From Hyphomicrobiales bacterium (GTDB taxonomy: Bacteria; Pseudomonadota; Alphaproteobacteria; Rhizobiales; Beijerinckiaceae): a DNA stretch of 64,000 bases. The stretch spans positions 7,761-71,760 of the forward strand of contig JAQGJH010000014.1 of the NCBI GenBank assembly GCA_028290705.1, written 5' to 3'. A model generated the notes under the pieces. The model saw only the letters and a list, made by a program, of their open reading frames with translations, did not search any database and was not told the DNA's origin. A program made the translations under genes and the position numbers. Every line of letters starts with the position of its first letter. Within the stretch, counting starts at the first letter, position 1. Shown piece by piece: positions 37,290 through 47,176 of the stretch.

Positions 37290-37445
37290 ATGAAAGCTTT
37301 CATTTCCGCCGTCGTGGTGGCGACCGGCCTGGCCATCGGCGCCTATTACGTGCTGGCGTCGCAGCAGCGTTCCGCCTCGAGCGCCTTCTCGACGAGCAGC
37401 GTGCGCGTGGGAGATCCGGGCACCAATCTGGTCGGCGTCAACTGA
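37290..37445 (+). CDS. Small single-TM/signal-anchored hypothetical protein (51 aa; below the ORF-track cut-off)
   Basis: MKAFISAVVVATGLAIGAYYVLASQQRSASSAFSTSSVRVGDPGTNLVGVN*; GGGGG upstream; GC3-rich codons; fills the gap before the moeA stop. Confidence 0.7.
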   Translation: MKAFISAVVVATGLAIGAYYVLASQQRSASSAFSTSSVRVGDPGTNLVGVN

Positions 37446-37448
37446 CGC

Positions 37449-38702
37449 TCAGATGAGAACCGGATAGGCGAGGAAGCCAACCTCGTCGCCGGGCTTCACG
37501 CTCTCGATGTCTTCGCTGAGTTCGACCAGGCCGTCCGTCTCCACGAGGGATGACAACAAACCGGCGCCTTCACGCGGAAACTTCATCGCCTCGCGTCTGC
37601 CATCGGCTGCAACGCGCAGATGGGCGCGTACATATTCCCGCCGACCCTTCTTCTTGCGATAGGCGAAACCAGCCCGCACCGGCAGCGGCACGGGTGGCTC
37701 GGCCATTCCGCCCAACAGCGCGAGCACGACGGGCCGCACCACATAGGCAAACGTCACGAAACTGGCGACCGGATTGCCCGGAAGGCCGATGAACGGCGTG
37801 CCGGCGATCACCCCCATGGCGACGGGGCGGCCGGGCTTGATGGCCATTCGCCACAGCACGAGCGTCCCGACGGACTCGACGCCGGCACGGACATGGTCTT
37901 CCTCGCCGGTCGAGACACCGCCCGAGGTCAGCACGAGATCGTGCCCGGCGGCGGCTTCACGCAACGCGGACGAAAGCGTGGCGCGGTCGTCTTGTAAAAT
38001 GCCGAGATCGGACACGCTGCATCCGAGGCGACGCAGCAAGGCTGCCAGCATGTAGCGGTTCGAATCGAACAGTTGCGCGCCGCTGCGGGCCGCGCCGGGG
38101 GGCACGACTTCGTTGCCGGTGGAGAAGACCGCCACGCGGATCCGCCGCCGGACCTCGAGCCCCGTAAGGCCCAGCGCCGCCGCGAGGGCGACGTCCTGCG
38201 GGCGCAGACGGCGGCCGGAGGCAAGCGCCAACGCGCCCTGGGGGATGTCTTCGCCGACCGGCCGGACATTGGCGCCGCGCTTCAGCCCCGCAGGGAGCAG
38301 GACGCGACCCGCCTCGTCCAGTGTCACGTCTTCCTGCATGAACACCGTGTCGGCGCCGTCGGGCATGGGCGCACCGGTGAAAATGCGGACGGCCGTCGCT
38401 GGCGCGATGGGATCCGCCACAGACCCCGCCTGCACGCGTCCGCCGACCGGAAAGGCGCGGGCCTCCGCGGCCGGAAGGTCGTCGCCGCGCACCGCATAAC
38501 CGTCGACGGCGGAATTGGTGAAGAGCGGCAGCGGAACCGGCGCGAGCAGCGCAGATGCGAGAACCCGCCCATCCGCCTCGATGAGCGACACGTGCTCGGT
38601 TTCCGGAACGGCGGAGACGCGGCTTCGGATCGTCTCGACCGCTACGTCGACGGACATGAGCTGACCGCCGAACGCGAAACAATCGTCAGAGAGCTGCGCC
38701 AT
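37449..38702 (-). CDS. moeA: Molybdopterin molybdenumtransferase (canonical MoeA/Glp)
   Basis: P.F.NSAVDGYA, RIFTGAPMP.GAD.V.MQED, STGNE, DSN, TSGGVS.GEEDHV, KPGRP, GLPGNPV, G...LSS. Confidence 0.94.
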   Translation of the reverse strand: MAQLSDDCFAFGGQLMSVDVAVETIRSRVSAVPETEHVSLIEADGRVLASALLAPVPLPLFTNSAVDGYAVRGDDLPAAEARAFPVGGRVQAGSVADPIAPATAVRIFTGAPMPDGADTVFMQEDVTLDEAGRVLLPAGLKRGANVRPVGEDIPQGALALASGRRLRPQDVALAAALGLTGLEVRRRIRVAVFSTGNEVVPPGAARSGAQLFDSNRYMLAALLRRLGCSVSDLGILQDDRATLSSALREAAAGHDLVLTSGGVSTGEEDHVRAGVESVGTLVLWRMAIKPGRPVAMGVIAGTPFIGLPGNPVASFVTFAYVVRPVVLALLGGMAEPPVPLPVRAGFAYRKKKGRREYVRAHLRVAADGRREAMKFPREGAGLLSSLVETDGLVELSEDIESVKPGDEVGFLAYPVLI

Positions 38703-38704
38703 GT

Positions 38705-39232
38705 TCAGAGCCTCGCGGCTTCGCGCGCCAGGACGGTTTCGAGCGGCGCGGCCAGACGCTGCATCATATCGGCCACGGCTGCAATATCGTCGAGATGCAC
38801 GCTGGGGATGTCGGATCCGGCCGGCGCATCGCTCGCGAGCCCCAGAATGGCGGCGTCGTTGGGGTGCAGAAACGGCTTCCCGTTGGCCTGCCGGTGCACT
38901 TCGATCTTCGGATGGGGATCGGTCTTGAAACCTTCGACGACCAGCAGATCGACGGGCGACATGCGGGCGAGCAGTTCCGCGAGCGACAATTCGGCGTCGC
39001 CCCGCAGTTCGCGCATCAGGGCGAAGCGCTTGCCGGACGACACCATGACCTCGCTGGCGCCTGCCTCGCGGTGCCGCCAGGAATCCTTGCCGGGGACGTC
39101 GACATCAAAGGAATGATGCGCGTGCTTGATCGTGGAGACACGCAGGCCGCGCGACACGAGGAGCGGAATCACGCGCGTGAGGAGCGTGGTCTTGCCGGCT
39201 CCGCTCCAGCCCGCCAGTCCGATCATCCGCAT
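38705..39232 (-). CDS. mobB: Molybdopterin-guanine dinucleotide biosynthesis protein B
   Basis: GWSGAGKTTL, IKHAHH.FDVD.PGKDS.RHR.AGA, VEGFK. Confidence 0.95.
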   Translation of the reverse strand: MRMIGLAGWSGAGKTTLLTRVIPLLVSRGLRVSTIKHAHHSFDVDVPGKDSWRHREAGASEVMVSSGKRFALMRELRGDAELSLAELLARMSPVDLLVVEGFKTDPHPKIEVHRQANGKPFLHPNDAAILGLASDAPAGSDIPSVHLDDIAAVADMMQRLAAPLETVLAREAARL

Positions 39233-39337
39233 GGTGACTCCCGAGTTTCACGCCGCACCGGCGCTGCTCGTCAAACGACAGGGACCGCCCGGTCGCCCGG
39301 GCAGTCCCGATAACATTTCCGCGCCTTCAGGGGGCGA

Positions 39338-40354
39338 TTATTCGGCCGGCATGGCGTGAGGAGGCGTCGCCGGGGCGCGGCCCCGGGCCTTCTCCTCCTC
39401 GACCCAGAGAGCGTGATGCTCCTTGGCCCAGTTCAGATCAACCTCGCCGCTGCCCATGGCGTCGAACGCACCCTCCATGCCGACCGAGCCGATATAGGCA
39501 TGAGCCAGCATGGCGGCGACGAACAGCACCGCCAGCACGGCGTGAATCGTGGTCCAGAACTGCAGCGCCGAAACGCCGGCGGCGGGCAGATAGGGGAACA
39601 GCAGGAACCAGCCTGACACCGACATGGCGACACCGCCCACGATGACGATCCAGAACACGACCTTCTGGCCGGCGTTGAAGCGCTTGGCCGGAGGATGCGC
39701 GCCCTTGGAAAAGAGGCCGCCGCCGGCCTTGATCCAATCGAGGTCAATCTTGCCCGGGATGTTGTCCTTCACCCAGATCAGGAACATCAGCGCGAGGCCG
39801 AGCATGAACGGGAAGGCGAGATAGTTGTGCGCCAGCTTGCCGTAGGCGGCGAGCGAGGCAAAGGCCTCGGGTCCAAACAGCGGCATGATCACCATGCGGC
39901 CGAAAGAGACGTTGAGGCCAGACAGTGCCAGGATGATGAAGCAGCCGGCCGTCAGCCAGTGCACGAAACGGTCGATGCCGGCGAAGCGCGTGATGGTGAC
40001 GCCCGACATGCCGCTGTCGACACGGATGCGACCGCGCACCAGATAGAACAGGACGAGCGCGGCCAGCATTCCCAGAATGGCGACGCCGCCGATGAGCGGG
40101 AGCTTGTTCTGATGGAAGGCGCGCCATTCCTGTCCGGCCGGCTGGATCAGGCTGGCGGATTTCGGATCGGGGATGGAAACGCGGCCGGAGAGACGGTCTC
40201 CGCTCTTCAGCGCGTTGAGGAGCTGGTCCTCGTTCACCGCCTGGGCGGTCGGGTTGAAATTGTTGTTCTGCGCGGCGGCCGGAGAGATCGTCCAAGCGAA
40301 GGCGATGACCAGAGCGGCTGCGATTGTGTTGATGAGTGAGCGCGGGCTCGACAT
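39338..40354 (-). CDS. fdhC: Formate dehydrogenase gamma subunit (cytochrome b) with N-terminal periplasmic extension
   Basis: RF..HW, HN, RFNAGQK, H...HAYIG..GMEGA..AM..G.VD..WAKEHH..W. Confidence 0.92.
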   Translation of the reverse strand: MSSPRSLINTIAAALVIAFAWTISPAAAQNNNFNPTAQAVNEDQLLNALKSGDRLSGRVSIPDPKSASLIQPAGQEWRAFHQNKLPLIGGVAILGMLAALVLFYLVRGRIRVDSGMSGVTITRFAGIDRFVHWLTAGCFIILALSGLNVSFGRMVIMPLFGPEAFASLAAYGKLAHNYLAFPFMLGLALMFLIWVKDNIPGKIDLDWIKAGGGLFSKGAHPPAKRFNAGQKVVFWIVIVGGVAMSVSGWFLLFPYLPAAGVSALQFWTTIHAVLAVLFVAAMLAHAYIGSVGMEGAFDAMGSGEVDLNWAKEHHALWVEEEKARGRAPATPPHAMPAE

Positions 40355-40389
40355 CGGCGCGACCTTTCGAATGTGCAAGAAGCGAGAAA

Positions 40390-40410
40390 CCCCGCGCCCG
40401 AGGCGCGGGG
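40390..40410 (-). terminator. Intra-operon hairpin between fdhB and fdhC (possible partial terminator or mRNA stabiliser)
   Basis: CCCCGCGCC-CGA-GGCGCGGGG; followed on the minus strand by TTTCTC. Confidence 0.45.
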
Positions 40411-40418
40411 AAGAAGGA

Positions 40419-41015
40419 TCAGCTCGCGATGGTTTCCTTGTAGGCCGTCTTCCAGCCCCACGCGCCCGAACCGTAACCGCGCTTCATCACGCGTTCCTTG
40501 TAGATCGACGCGATGATGTCGCCGTCGCCGGCCAGCAGGGACTTGGTCGAGCACATTTCCGCGCAGATCGGCAGCTTGCCTTCCGCCAGTCGGTTGGAGC
40601 CGTATTTCACGTACTCGGCCGAGGTGAGATCCGCCTCCGGACCGCCGGCGCAATAGGTGCACTTGTCCATCTTGCCGCGCGAACCGAAATTGCCGACCTT
40701 GGGGTATTGCGGCGCGCCGAACGGACAGGCGTAGAAGCAATAGCCGCAGCCGATGCACAGATCCTTGGAATGCAGCACCACCGCATCGGCCGTCGTGTAG
40801 AAACACGACACCGGGCAGACGGCCGCGCAAGGCGCGTCCGTGCAGTGCATGCAGGCCATCGACACCGAGCGTTCGCCCGGCTTGCCGTCGTTGATGGTGA
40901 CGACGCGGCGGCGGTTGATGCCCCACGGCACGTCATGTTCGTTCTTGCATGCCGTCACGCAGGCATTGCATTCGATGCAGCGATCAGCGTCGCAGAGGAA
41001 TTTGACCCGGGCCAT
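40419..41015 (-). CDS. fdhB: Formate dehydrogenase iron-sulfur (beta) subunit
   Basis: CIECNAC..AC, CMHC..APC...CP, CIGCGYC..ACP, KC..C. Confidence 0.94.
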   Translation of the reverse strand: MARVKFLCDADRCIECNACVTACKNEHDVPWGINRRRVVTINDGKPGERSVSMACMHCTDAPCAAVCPVSCFYTTADAVVLHSKDLCIGCGYCFYACPFGAPQYPKVGNFGSRGKMDKCTYCAGGPEADLTSAEYVKYGSNRLAEGKLPICAEMCSTKSLLAGDGDIIASIYKERVMKRGYGSGAWGWKTAYKETIAS

Positions 41016-41028
41016 TTCTCGTTCTCCC

Positions 41029-43995
41029 TCAAGCCGCTCTGATCTGACAGAGGGTCACCTTGCCTTCATGCATGCCCGTGACGGGATCGTAGCCGTAGGT
41101 CGTGATCGTGTTGACGCTCTCGCCGAGAACGATCGGATCCGTGCCCTTCGGGTAGTTGCCGCGCTGGTCCACGCCCTGGAAGGCGCCGGCGAAATGGAAG
41201 GGCATGAAGGCCACGCCCCTGCCGACACGATCCGTCACCAGCGCCTTGACGCGCGCCTTCGAGTTGTTCTCGGGCCCCGTCACCCAGACGAAAGAGCCGT
41301 CGGCAATGCCGCGCTCCGCTGCATCGGCCGGATTTACCTCGACGAACATGTCCTGCTGCAGTTCCGCGAGCCACCTGTTGGAGCGCGTCTCCTCGCCGCC
41401 GCCCTCGTATTCGACGAGGCGTCCGGAGGTCAGGATGATCGGGAAGGATTTTGCAAAACCCTTGTCCACCGCGGCTTTCTGGACCGACAGCCCGATGTTG
41501 GCCATGCGGAACTGGCGACCGTCCGGACGCGTCGGATATTGGCCGACGAGTTCGGGACGCGAACTGTAGATCGGCTCGCGATGCACCGGAACCGGATCGG
41601 GCAGGTTCCACGCGACCGCGCGGGCCTTGCCGTTGCCGAACGGGATGCAGCCGTGATCGAGCGCAACGCGGATGATGCCCCCCGAGAGATCGATCGCCCA
41701 GCCGACCGCGTCGGGATTGGCTCCGCCGATCTTCGTGATGGTGGCGACTTCCGCTTCCGTCAGATCCTTGTCCCAGCCGAGTTTCTTCAGCACCCCGTAG
41801 GTGAATTCCGGGTAGCCGTCCGTCAGTTCCGAGCCGAGGCTGTAGGAGCCTTCGGCGAGCAGGTTGACGTTCTTGCTCGTGCCGTCCGGCTGCTTCTCGG
41901 CATAGACGACGCCGAAGCGCGCGCGGAACGTGCCGCCGCCGTCCTTCACGTGCAGGTTGGTGTTGTAGAGCGTGTGCGTGCCGGGATGCTTGATGGCGGG
42001 CGTTCCCCAGCACGGCCACGGGAGGCCGTAATAGTCGCCGCCGACTTCGGCCACATCGGCCTTGGCGCGCAGCGTGACCAGGTCGAACTTGTCCTGGTTG
42101 CGCATATGCGCCTTCAGGCGCTCCGGGCTCTGGCCGGAATAGCCCGTCGAGAAGCCGCCGCGATTGATTTCGCGCAGCAGGTCCTCGGGAACCGGACGCT
42201 TGTTCTCGACCTTGATGTTCTTGAACATCTGTTCGGCGAAACCGAGCTTCTCGGACAGGCGGTAGATGACCTCGTAATCGTCCTTCGATTCGAAGATCGG
42301 CTTGACGACCTGCTCGCCCCACTGGATCGAACGATTGGACGCCGAGCGCGAGCCGGACGTCTCGAACTGCGTGCAGATCGGCAGCAGGTAGGTGCCGTTC
42401 TTGCGGCCGGAGATCGCCGCGAAGGTCGTGGGATGCGGATCGGCGACGACGAGAAGTTCGAGCTTCTCAAGCCCCTTCACCATCTCGGGCATGCGCGGCA
42501 CGGTGTTGCCGCCGTGTCCGAAGATCACCATGGCCTTCAAGGCGTCGCGCTGGTCGACGTCCTCGGGATCCGACAGGGTGGCGTCGAACCAGCGGGTCGA
42601 CGGGATGCCGGGGGTCTCCATGTTCTCCTTGCGCGTGCGCGCCGGGCGGCCGCCCTTGGCGGGCACTTCGTCAAAGCGAGACTGGAAATATTCGTAGTCG
42701 ACCTCCCAGACGCGGGCCCAGTGCTTCCAGGCTCCTTCGACGAGCCCGTAGTAGAGCGGCAGCGTCGTGATATCGAGCCCGAGGTCGGTCGCGCCCTGCA
42801 CGTTGCAATGGCCGCGGAAGATGTTCGCGCCGCCGCCGAAGACGCCGACGTTGCCGGTGGCGAGCAGCAGGTTGCAATAGGCGCGGACGTTGGCGGTGCC
42901 GACGGTGTGCTGCGTGCCGCCCATGCACCAGATGAACGTCGAGGGACGCTGCTTGGCGAAGGTCTCGGCCACTTTCTTGAGCTGCTCGCCCGGAATGCCG
43001 GAGACGCGCTCGACTTCAGCGGGCGTCCATTTCGCGACCTCGGCCTTGATCTGGTCCATGCCGTAGACGCGCTGCTCGATGAAGGTCTTGTCTTCCCAGC
43101 CGTTCGCGAAAATGTGGTGCAGCATGCCCCAGATCACCGCAATGTCGGTGCCGGAGCGGAAGCGGACGTATTCGGTGGCGTGCGCGGCCGTGCGGGTGAA
43201 GCGCGGATCGAGCACGATCATGTTGGCGCGGTTCGTCTCCTTGCCGGTCAGCACGTGCTGCAGCGAGACCGGATGGGCTTCGGCGGCGTTGGAGCCCATG
43301 AAGATGATGGTCTTCGAATTGCGGATGTCGTTGTAGGAATTGGTCTGCGCGCCATACCCCCAGGTGTTGGCGACGCCCGCCACCGTGGTCGAATGGCAGA
43401 TGCGGGCCTGATGGTCGACCGAGTTCGTGCCCCAGAAGGCGGCGAACTTGCGGAAGAGATACGCGCCCTCGTTCGAGAATTTGGCCGAGCCGAGCAGATA
43501 GACGGAATCGGCGCCGGATTTTTGGCGGATCTCCGTCATCTTGTCGCCGATCTCGCTGATCGCCTGATCCCAGCCGATGCGCGTCCACTCGCCGTTGACG
43601 AGTTTCATCGGGTACTTCAGGCGACGGTCGCCGTGCACGAGTTCACGCACCGAAGCGCCCTTGGCGCAATGCGATCCGCGATTGATCGGGCTGTCCCACG
43701 CGGGCTCCTGGCCGACCCAGACGCCGTTCTGCACTTCGGCGATGACGGTGCAGCCGACCGAGCAATGCGTACAGATGTTCTTCTTGATCTCCACGGCGAC
43801 GCCGGGCTGCATGGGACCGGCCTTGGCCTTGCGGACGGATCCCAGCGACAGCGTTCCAAGCGCCGCGGCGCCACCGGCGGCGAGGCCGGACCGGCGCAGG
43901 AAGCTGCGGCGGTCGAGCACGCCGGAGGCGAGACCTGCGGCGAAGCCCTGAAGGCGCGCGCGGCCGGATGTTGCATCTCTTCTCTTGGTCAGCAT
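41029..43995 (-). CDS. fdhA: Formate dehydrogenase catalytic alpha subunit, Tat-exported, Cys-ligated bis-PGD
   Basis: LDRRSFL Tat motif; CTHCSVGC...C [4Fe-4S]; DHQARICHS active site; RGH.NVQG; molybdopterin dinucleotide-binding C-domain. Confidence 0.95.
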   Translation of the reverse strand: MLTKRRDATSGRARLQGFAAGLASGVLDRRSFLRRSGLAAGGAAALGTLSLGSVRKAKAGPMQPGVAVEIKKNICTHCSVGCTVIAEVQNGVWVGQEPAWDSPINRGSHCAKGASVRELVHGDRRLKYPMKLVNGEWTRIGWDQAISEIGDKMTEIRQKSGADSVYLLGSAKFSNEGAYLFRKFAAFWGTNSVDHQARICHSTTVAGVANTWGYGAQTNSYNDIRNSKTIIFMGSNAAEAHPVSLQHVLTGKETNRANMIVLDPRFTRTAAHATEYVRFRSGTDIAVIWGMLHHIFANGWEDKTFIEQRVYGMDQIKAEVAKWTPAEVERVSGIPGEQLKKVAETFAKQRPSTFIWCMGGTQHTVGTANVRAYCNLLLATGNVGVFGGGANIFRGHCNVQGATDLGLDITTLPLYYGLVEGAWKHWARVWEVDYEYFQSRFDEVPAKGGRPARTRKENMETPGIPSTRWFDATLSDPEDVDQRDALKAMVIFGHGGNTVPRMPEMVKGLEKLELLVVADPHPTTFAAISGRKNGTYLLPICTQFETSGSRSASNRSIQWGEQVVKPIFESKDDYEVIYRLSEKLGFAEQMFKNIKVENKRPVPEDLLREINRGGFSTGYSGQSPERLKAHMRNQDKFDLVTLRAKADVAEVGGDYYGLPWPCWGTPAIKHPGTHTLYNTNLHVKDGGGTFRARFGVVYAEKQPDGTSKNVNLLAEGSYSLGSELTDGYPEFTYGVLKKLGWDKDLTEAEVATITKIGGANPDAVGWAIDLSGGIIRVALDHGCIPFGNGKARAVAWNLPDPVPVHREPIYSSRPELVGQYPTRPDGRQFRMANIGLSVQKAAVDKGFAKSFPIILTSGRLVEYEGGGEETRSNRWLAELQQDMFVEVNPADAAERGIADGSFVWVTGPENNSKARVKALVTDRVGRGVAFMPFHFAGAFQGVDQRGNYPKGTDPIVLGESVNTITTYGYDPVTGMHEGKVTLCQIRAA

Positions 43996-44007
43996 CTGCG
44001 TCGCTCC

Positions 44008-44244
44008 TCAGTATCGATTGACGCGATAGAAATTCTTGACGTGCTCCGTCTCGCGATAGCGCGCCTTGGTGCGCTCGGAGGCGGTCTCGCTGGCCTGCGC
44101 GTCCTCGGTCGCGGGCACGACCGCGGCCGCGGCCACGACGGCCGCGGCGCCGCCGACGCGGAAAAAGCCGCGGCGGTCGAGCCCGGCAGCGGGCTTTTCG
44201 GTTGCGGCAGCGCCGCTCGGCATGGTTTCGGGTGACTTGGTCAT
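44008..44244 (-). CDS. Small Tat-signal protein of FDH loci
   Basis: LDRRGFF twin-arginine; C-terminal ARYRETEHV..FY; directly upstream of fdhA. Confidence 0.85.
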   Translation of the reverse strand: MTKSPETMPSGAAATEKPAAGLDRRGFFRVGGAAAVVAAAAVVPATEDAQASETASERTKARYRETEHVKNFYRVNRY

Positions 44245-44286
44245 CTGGCCGTTTCCCTCCGGTCGATCTTTCGGCTCACGCGCGCC

Positions 44287-44877
44287 TCAGCGGGGCAGCG
44301 TGAAGGCCTCGCTTTCGAGTTCCATGAACGTACGGCCAAGCCGGCCGACGGATTTGTAGAAAGTGGCGGTCTGGGTCGTTTCGAGATCGGCGAAGAACCG
44401 CGCCGCCCATGGCGCGAGATGCCGTTCGAAAAAGCGGGCCTGGGCGTCGAGGTCCGCGTCGAACTCGCCGCGCGCCAGCCCGGCCATCACCTCGCACAGA
44501 ATGGCGACGTGATCCTCCGGCTCGCGGGTGCTGCCGGCGCGTTCCACGCCGAGCAGCGCCAGGTCTTCACGCACGCGGGCGAGCGGTCGCTCGTGCAGGA
44601 AACCGGTCTGGTAGTAGGAGCCGTAGGGCAGCAACTCCCCCCGACCGACTCCGATGAAGAGATTGAAATATTCCCGCCCGGCCGTCGTCTCGTCGATGGC
44701 CGCGGCCGCGTTGGCGAGGTCGATGTGGGCCAGGCCGAGAGCTGAAACGTCCCCTTTGAGGCCCGAAATCTGCCGGAGGACGGCCGCGGTCGGCGCGGCT
44801 CCCAGAAGCACCGCCAGCATGCCGTATTCCGCGGCACGCAGCAGGTCCATCTCCTCGACTTCCCCCGAATTCACCAT
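44287..44877 (-). CDS. TorD/DmsD-family molybdoenzyme chaperone
   Basis: EY..LF.G.GRGE..PYGSYY.TGFL, EPEDH.A..CE, FF..HL.PW. Confidence 0.9.
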   Translation of the reverse strand: MVNSGEVEEMDLLRAAEYGMLAVLLGAAPTAAVLRQISGLKGDVSALGLAHIDLANAAAAIDETTAGREYFNLFIGVGRGELLPYGSYYQTGFLHERPLARVREDLALLGVERAGSTREPEDHVAILCEVMAGLARGEFDADLDAQARFFERHLAPWAARFFADLETTQTATFYKSVGRLGRTFMELESEAFTLPR

Positions 44878-44991
44878 TACGTCCGCGACCAAGGCTTGCC
44901 CCGACTTCTGACACCTCGACGCGAACAAGCTGAGCCGCGTCAATGCGCAGCAATCTCTCACGAACGCACTTTAGAGATATTATACTTTCGG

Positions 44992-45639
44992 CTAGCTGGA
45001 CGGTACAGCCCCGCCATGACGGCGCGACTTTTGCTGCGGCGCAACATGCTCCGGGATGCGAATGTCTGCGGCGATTACTTCCGTGGCGGCTGCATCAACT
45101 TGAGGCAAACTGTCCGGATCTTGTGTTTCATCATCCGACATTTGTCCCGATCCGCTAGCCGTCGCCGTGTCGACGGGGGCGTTTTGCGGCGCAGCGAAGC
45201 TGTTCACTTTTTCATCGGCCTGTGAACTCTTCTCATTTTCGGGCGCAGGTGCATCCCCAAAGACCTGCTGGACCATCCGCGCGACGTCGGTTCCGGCCTG
45301 TAACTCGCCAGAACCCGGCACGCCTCCGGCGACGTTCCAGTCCCAGGCATAATCCAGCGCGTCGCCCACATAATCGCGGACCATCGGATCGAGCGCCCAG
45401 GCGCGGCGCAGTGCGGCATTGCGGAGGGCGTCGGGCACGCCTTTCTGGAGAAAGGCCGTGATGTCGCTGGCGTCCGTCAGATCCTCGATCCTGGGCAGCA
45501 GCGACAGATCGAGCGGTTCGGCCGGCTCCCGCGTGTCGGGCTCAGCCGGCTCGGGGGGCGCAACGGCCTGTTTCTCCGCCTCACGGGCGATCTGCCGTTT
45601 GCGCTGCGACCAGCGCGCCAGAAAGTTGTCGTCGCTCAC
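44992..45639 (-). CDS. DUF3306 protein
   Basis: FLARWS.RK, LP..E.L...SD..AFL...VP..LR..ALRR.W..DP...DY..D; GTGA overlap with the upstream gene. Confidence 0.82.
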   Translation of the reverse strand: MSDDNFLARWSQRKRQIAREAEKQAVAPPEPAEPDTREPAEPLDLSLLPRIEDLTDASDITAFLQKGVPDALRNAALRRAWALDPMVRDYVGDALDYAWDWNVAGGVPGSGELQAGTDVARMVQQVFGDAPAPENEKSSQADEKVNSFAAPQNAPVDTATASGSGQMSDDETQDPDSLPQVDAAATEVIAADIRIPEHVAPQQKSRRHGGAVPSS

Positions 45640-46160
45640 GATCGATCGTCCCGGCCACTGCCCTGCCCGCCGCGTCGCGGCCCCGGCTTTTCGCCGCGAT
45701 CGCGCTGGCGCTTGAGAAACACGCGTTCGACATGAAACGTTGCGACGAATTCGGCCAGCCATTCGGCAATCGGCTGCGGCATCGGCACCGTTCCGACGAT
45801 GTCGGTTCCGCATTCGAACAGCGCTTCGCCCTCGGTCGGATCGGCGGTCACGCGCACGAGCTGCGGGACACCGGCATCTTCGGCGGCTCGGCAGGCCACC
45901 CAGAGACGCGGATCGCCGGAGTGCAGATTGTCGCGATAATTGGCGGTTTCGGACGGGTAGAGCTCCAGCATGGACGCGCCCAGATAATGCAAGGCCGAGC
46001 CCGCATCGCGCGACAGCAACGTTCCGGCGGAAGTCGCCGGGGCCTCGGCCAGGGCGGCATGCGGCGTCCAGACGTGATCGACCCATGGGTGGTCGACATC
46101 CTGGCGCGCCGCCACGAGTCCGATTTCGCGCAGATGGACGGCAGGATCGGGAACGCTCAT
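45636..46160 (-). CDS. DUF3305 protein
   Basis: HPW..H.W.P, LELY..E..NY..NL...P.LWV, VTA.P.EG, VPMP..I, F.KR.R. Confidence 0.85.
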   Translation of the reverse strand: MSVPDPAVHLREIGLVAARQDVDHPWVDHVWTPHAALAEAPATSAGTLLSRDAGSALHYLGASMLELYPSETANYRDNLHSGDPRLWVACRAAEDAGVPQLVRVTADPTEGEALFECGTDIVGTVPMPQPIAEWLAEFVATFHVERVFLKRQRDRGEKPGPRRGGQGSGRDDRS

Positions 46161-47176
46161 GAGCCACGCCCCCTGGCGAGAGGCAGGCCGGCGAGAAGAT
46201 TTTGCGGCTTCATGCGCCAGATGTTCTCGCCGTCCATCGCGCCAATGAGGTAGACGGGCTTGCCACGGAGGTTTTCGTCGACCGTCCCGGGATCGCGGAA
46301 ATCCAGTCGCATCAGGGTCACGACCCTGTCGGCAATGGCGGGTCCGAGCGCCGCGCCGTTCCACAGCGCATCGCCGATCTTCGTACCTTCGCCGTCGAGC
46401 CCGACGAACCAGCGCCAGTCGCGATCCTCGATGGTGGCCAGCGGCTCCACCGTGACGTCGACACCGAGCAGATGGCCGATCCAGAGCTTGATGGCGGTGG
46501 CGAGCCCGGCGCGGGCCCTGGCGTTGCCGCCGATGTTCATGATCATCGTGTTGGCGTCGGAGCGGGACCAATAGGTCCAGGCATTCTCGTCGTCCATGAC
46601 GTCGAGGTCGCCGAATTCCGGCACGGCGTCCAGCAGCGCCGCGAGCGGGGTCAGATGCGACTGCCGCGCGCTTTGCTGCTGCACCTCGACGACCTCGGCG
46701 TCGGCGAGAAGGAGAGATCCTTCATGCAGCGTCGCCTTCTGGGGCCGGTAGAAAATTTCGGCGGCGCGCAGGACGTAGGGATCGTCGCATCCTTCCAGAG
46801 CATTCCTGAGGACGAGTTGGCAGAGCTGCGTCAGGAAAATCGGCGGGATGTTGCCGGCGCCCTTCAGGGCAAACGACAGATAGGCGGCTTCGAGCGAGGG
46901 GGCTGATAGAAGCCGCTCGCGGAAGGCCAGCATGAAGCCCCAGTTCTCGCGGGCGTCGGCATCCTGCAGCGCCTCGACCTCGCCGGGCGCGACATCGCGC
47001 AAGGGATCGGCCATGAGCGAGGCATGCAGCGCGCGTTCCGCCTCGCAGGCTTCCTCGGGCGGCAGCAGTTCGGGGCGCGCCAGATAGGCCATGAGCAATT
47101 CGGGCGTGACCTCGAGTCCGCCGTGAGCAGCGCGGCGCGTCAGATGATGGCCGGAGGCGACCCAGAATTCTCTCAT
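46157..47176 (-). CDS. DUF6352-like hypothetical protein
   Basis: FW..SGHHL, L.AYL.RPEL.PP.EAC..ER.LH, WRWFVGLD, RMKPQNL..GLP; coupled overlaps on both sides. Confidence 0.78.
   Translation of the reverse strand: MREFWVASGHHLTRRAAHGGLEVTPELLMAYLARPELLPPEEACEAERALHASLMADPLRDVAPGEVEALQDADARENWGFMLAFRERLLSAPSLEAAYLSFALKGAGNIPPIFLTQLCQLVLRNALEGCDDPYVLRAAEIFYRPQKATLHEGSLLLADAEVVEVQQQSARQSHLTPLAALLDAVPEFGDLDVMDDENAWTYWSRSDANTMIMNIGGNARARAGLATAIKLWIGHLLGVDVTVEPLATIEDRDWRWFVGLDGEGTKIGDALWNGAALGPAIADRVVTLMRLDFRDPGTVDENLRGKPVYLIGAMDGENIWRMKPQNLLAGLPLARGRGS

Noticed and set aside
41029-43995. Selenocysteine-containing FdhA
   Set aside because: The active site reads ARICHS with a Cys codon and the ORF is uninterrupted.
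40840-44235. 1131-aa plus-strand ORF and other long antisense ORFs (e.g. 22694-25021, 32451-34391, 1019-2773, 53583-55349)
   Set aside because: Shadow frames of real genes in high-GC DNA; no recognisable motifs.
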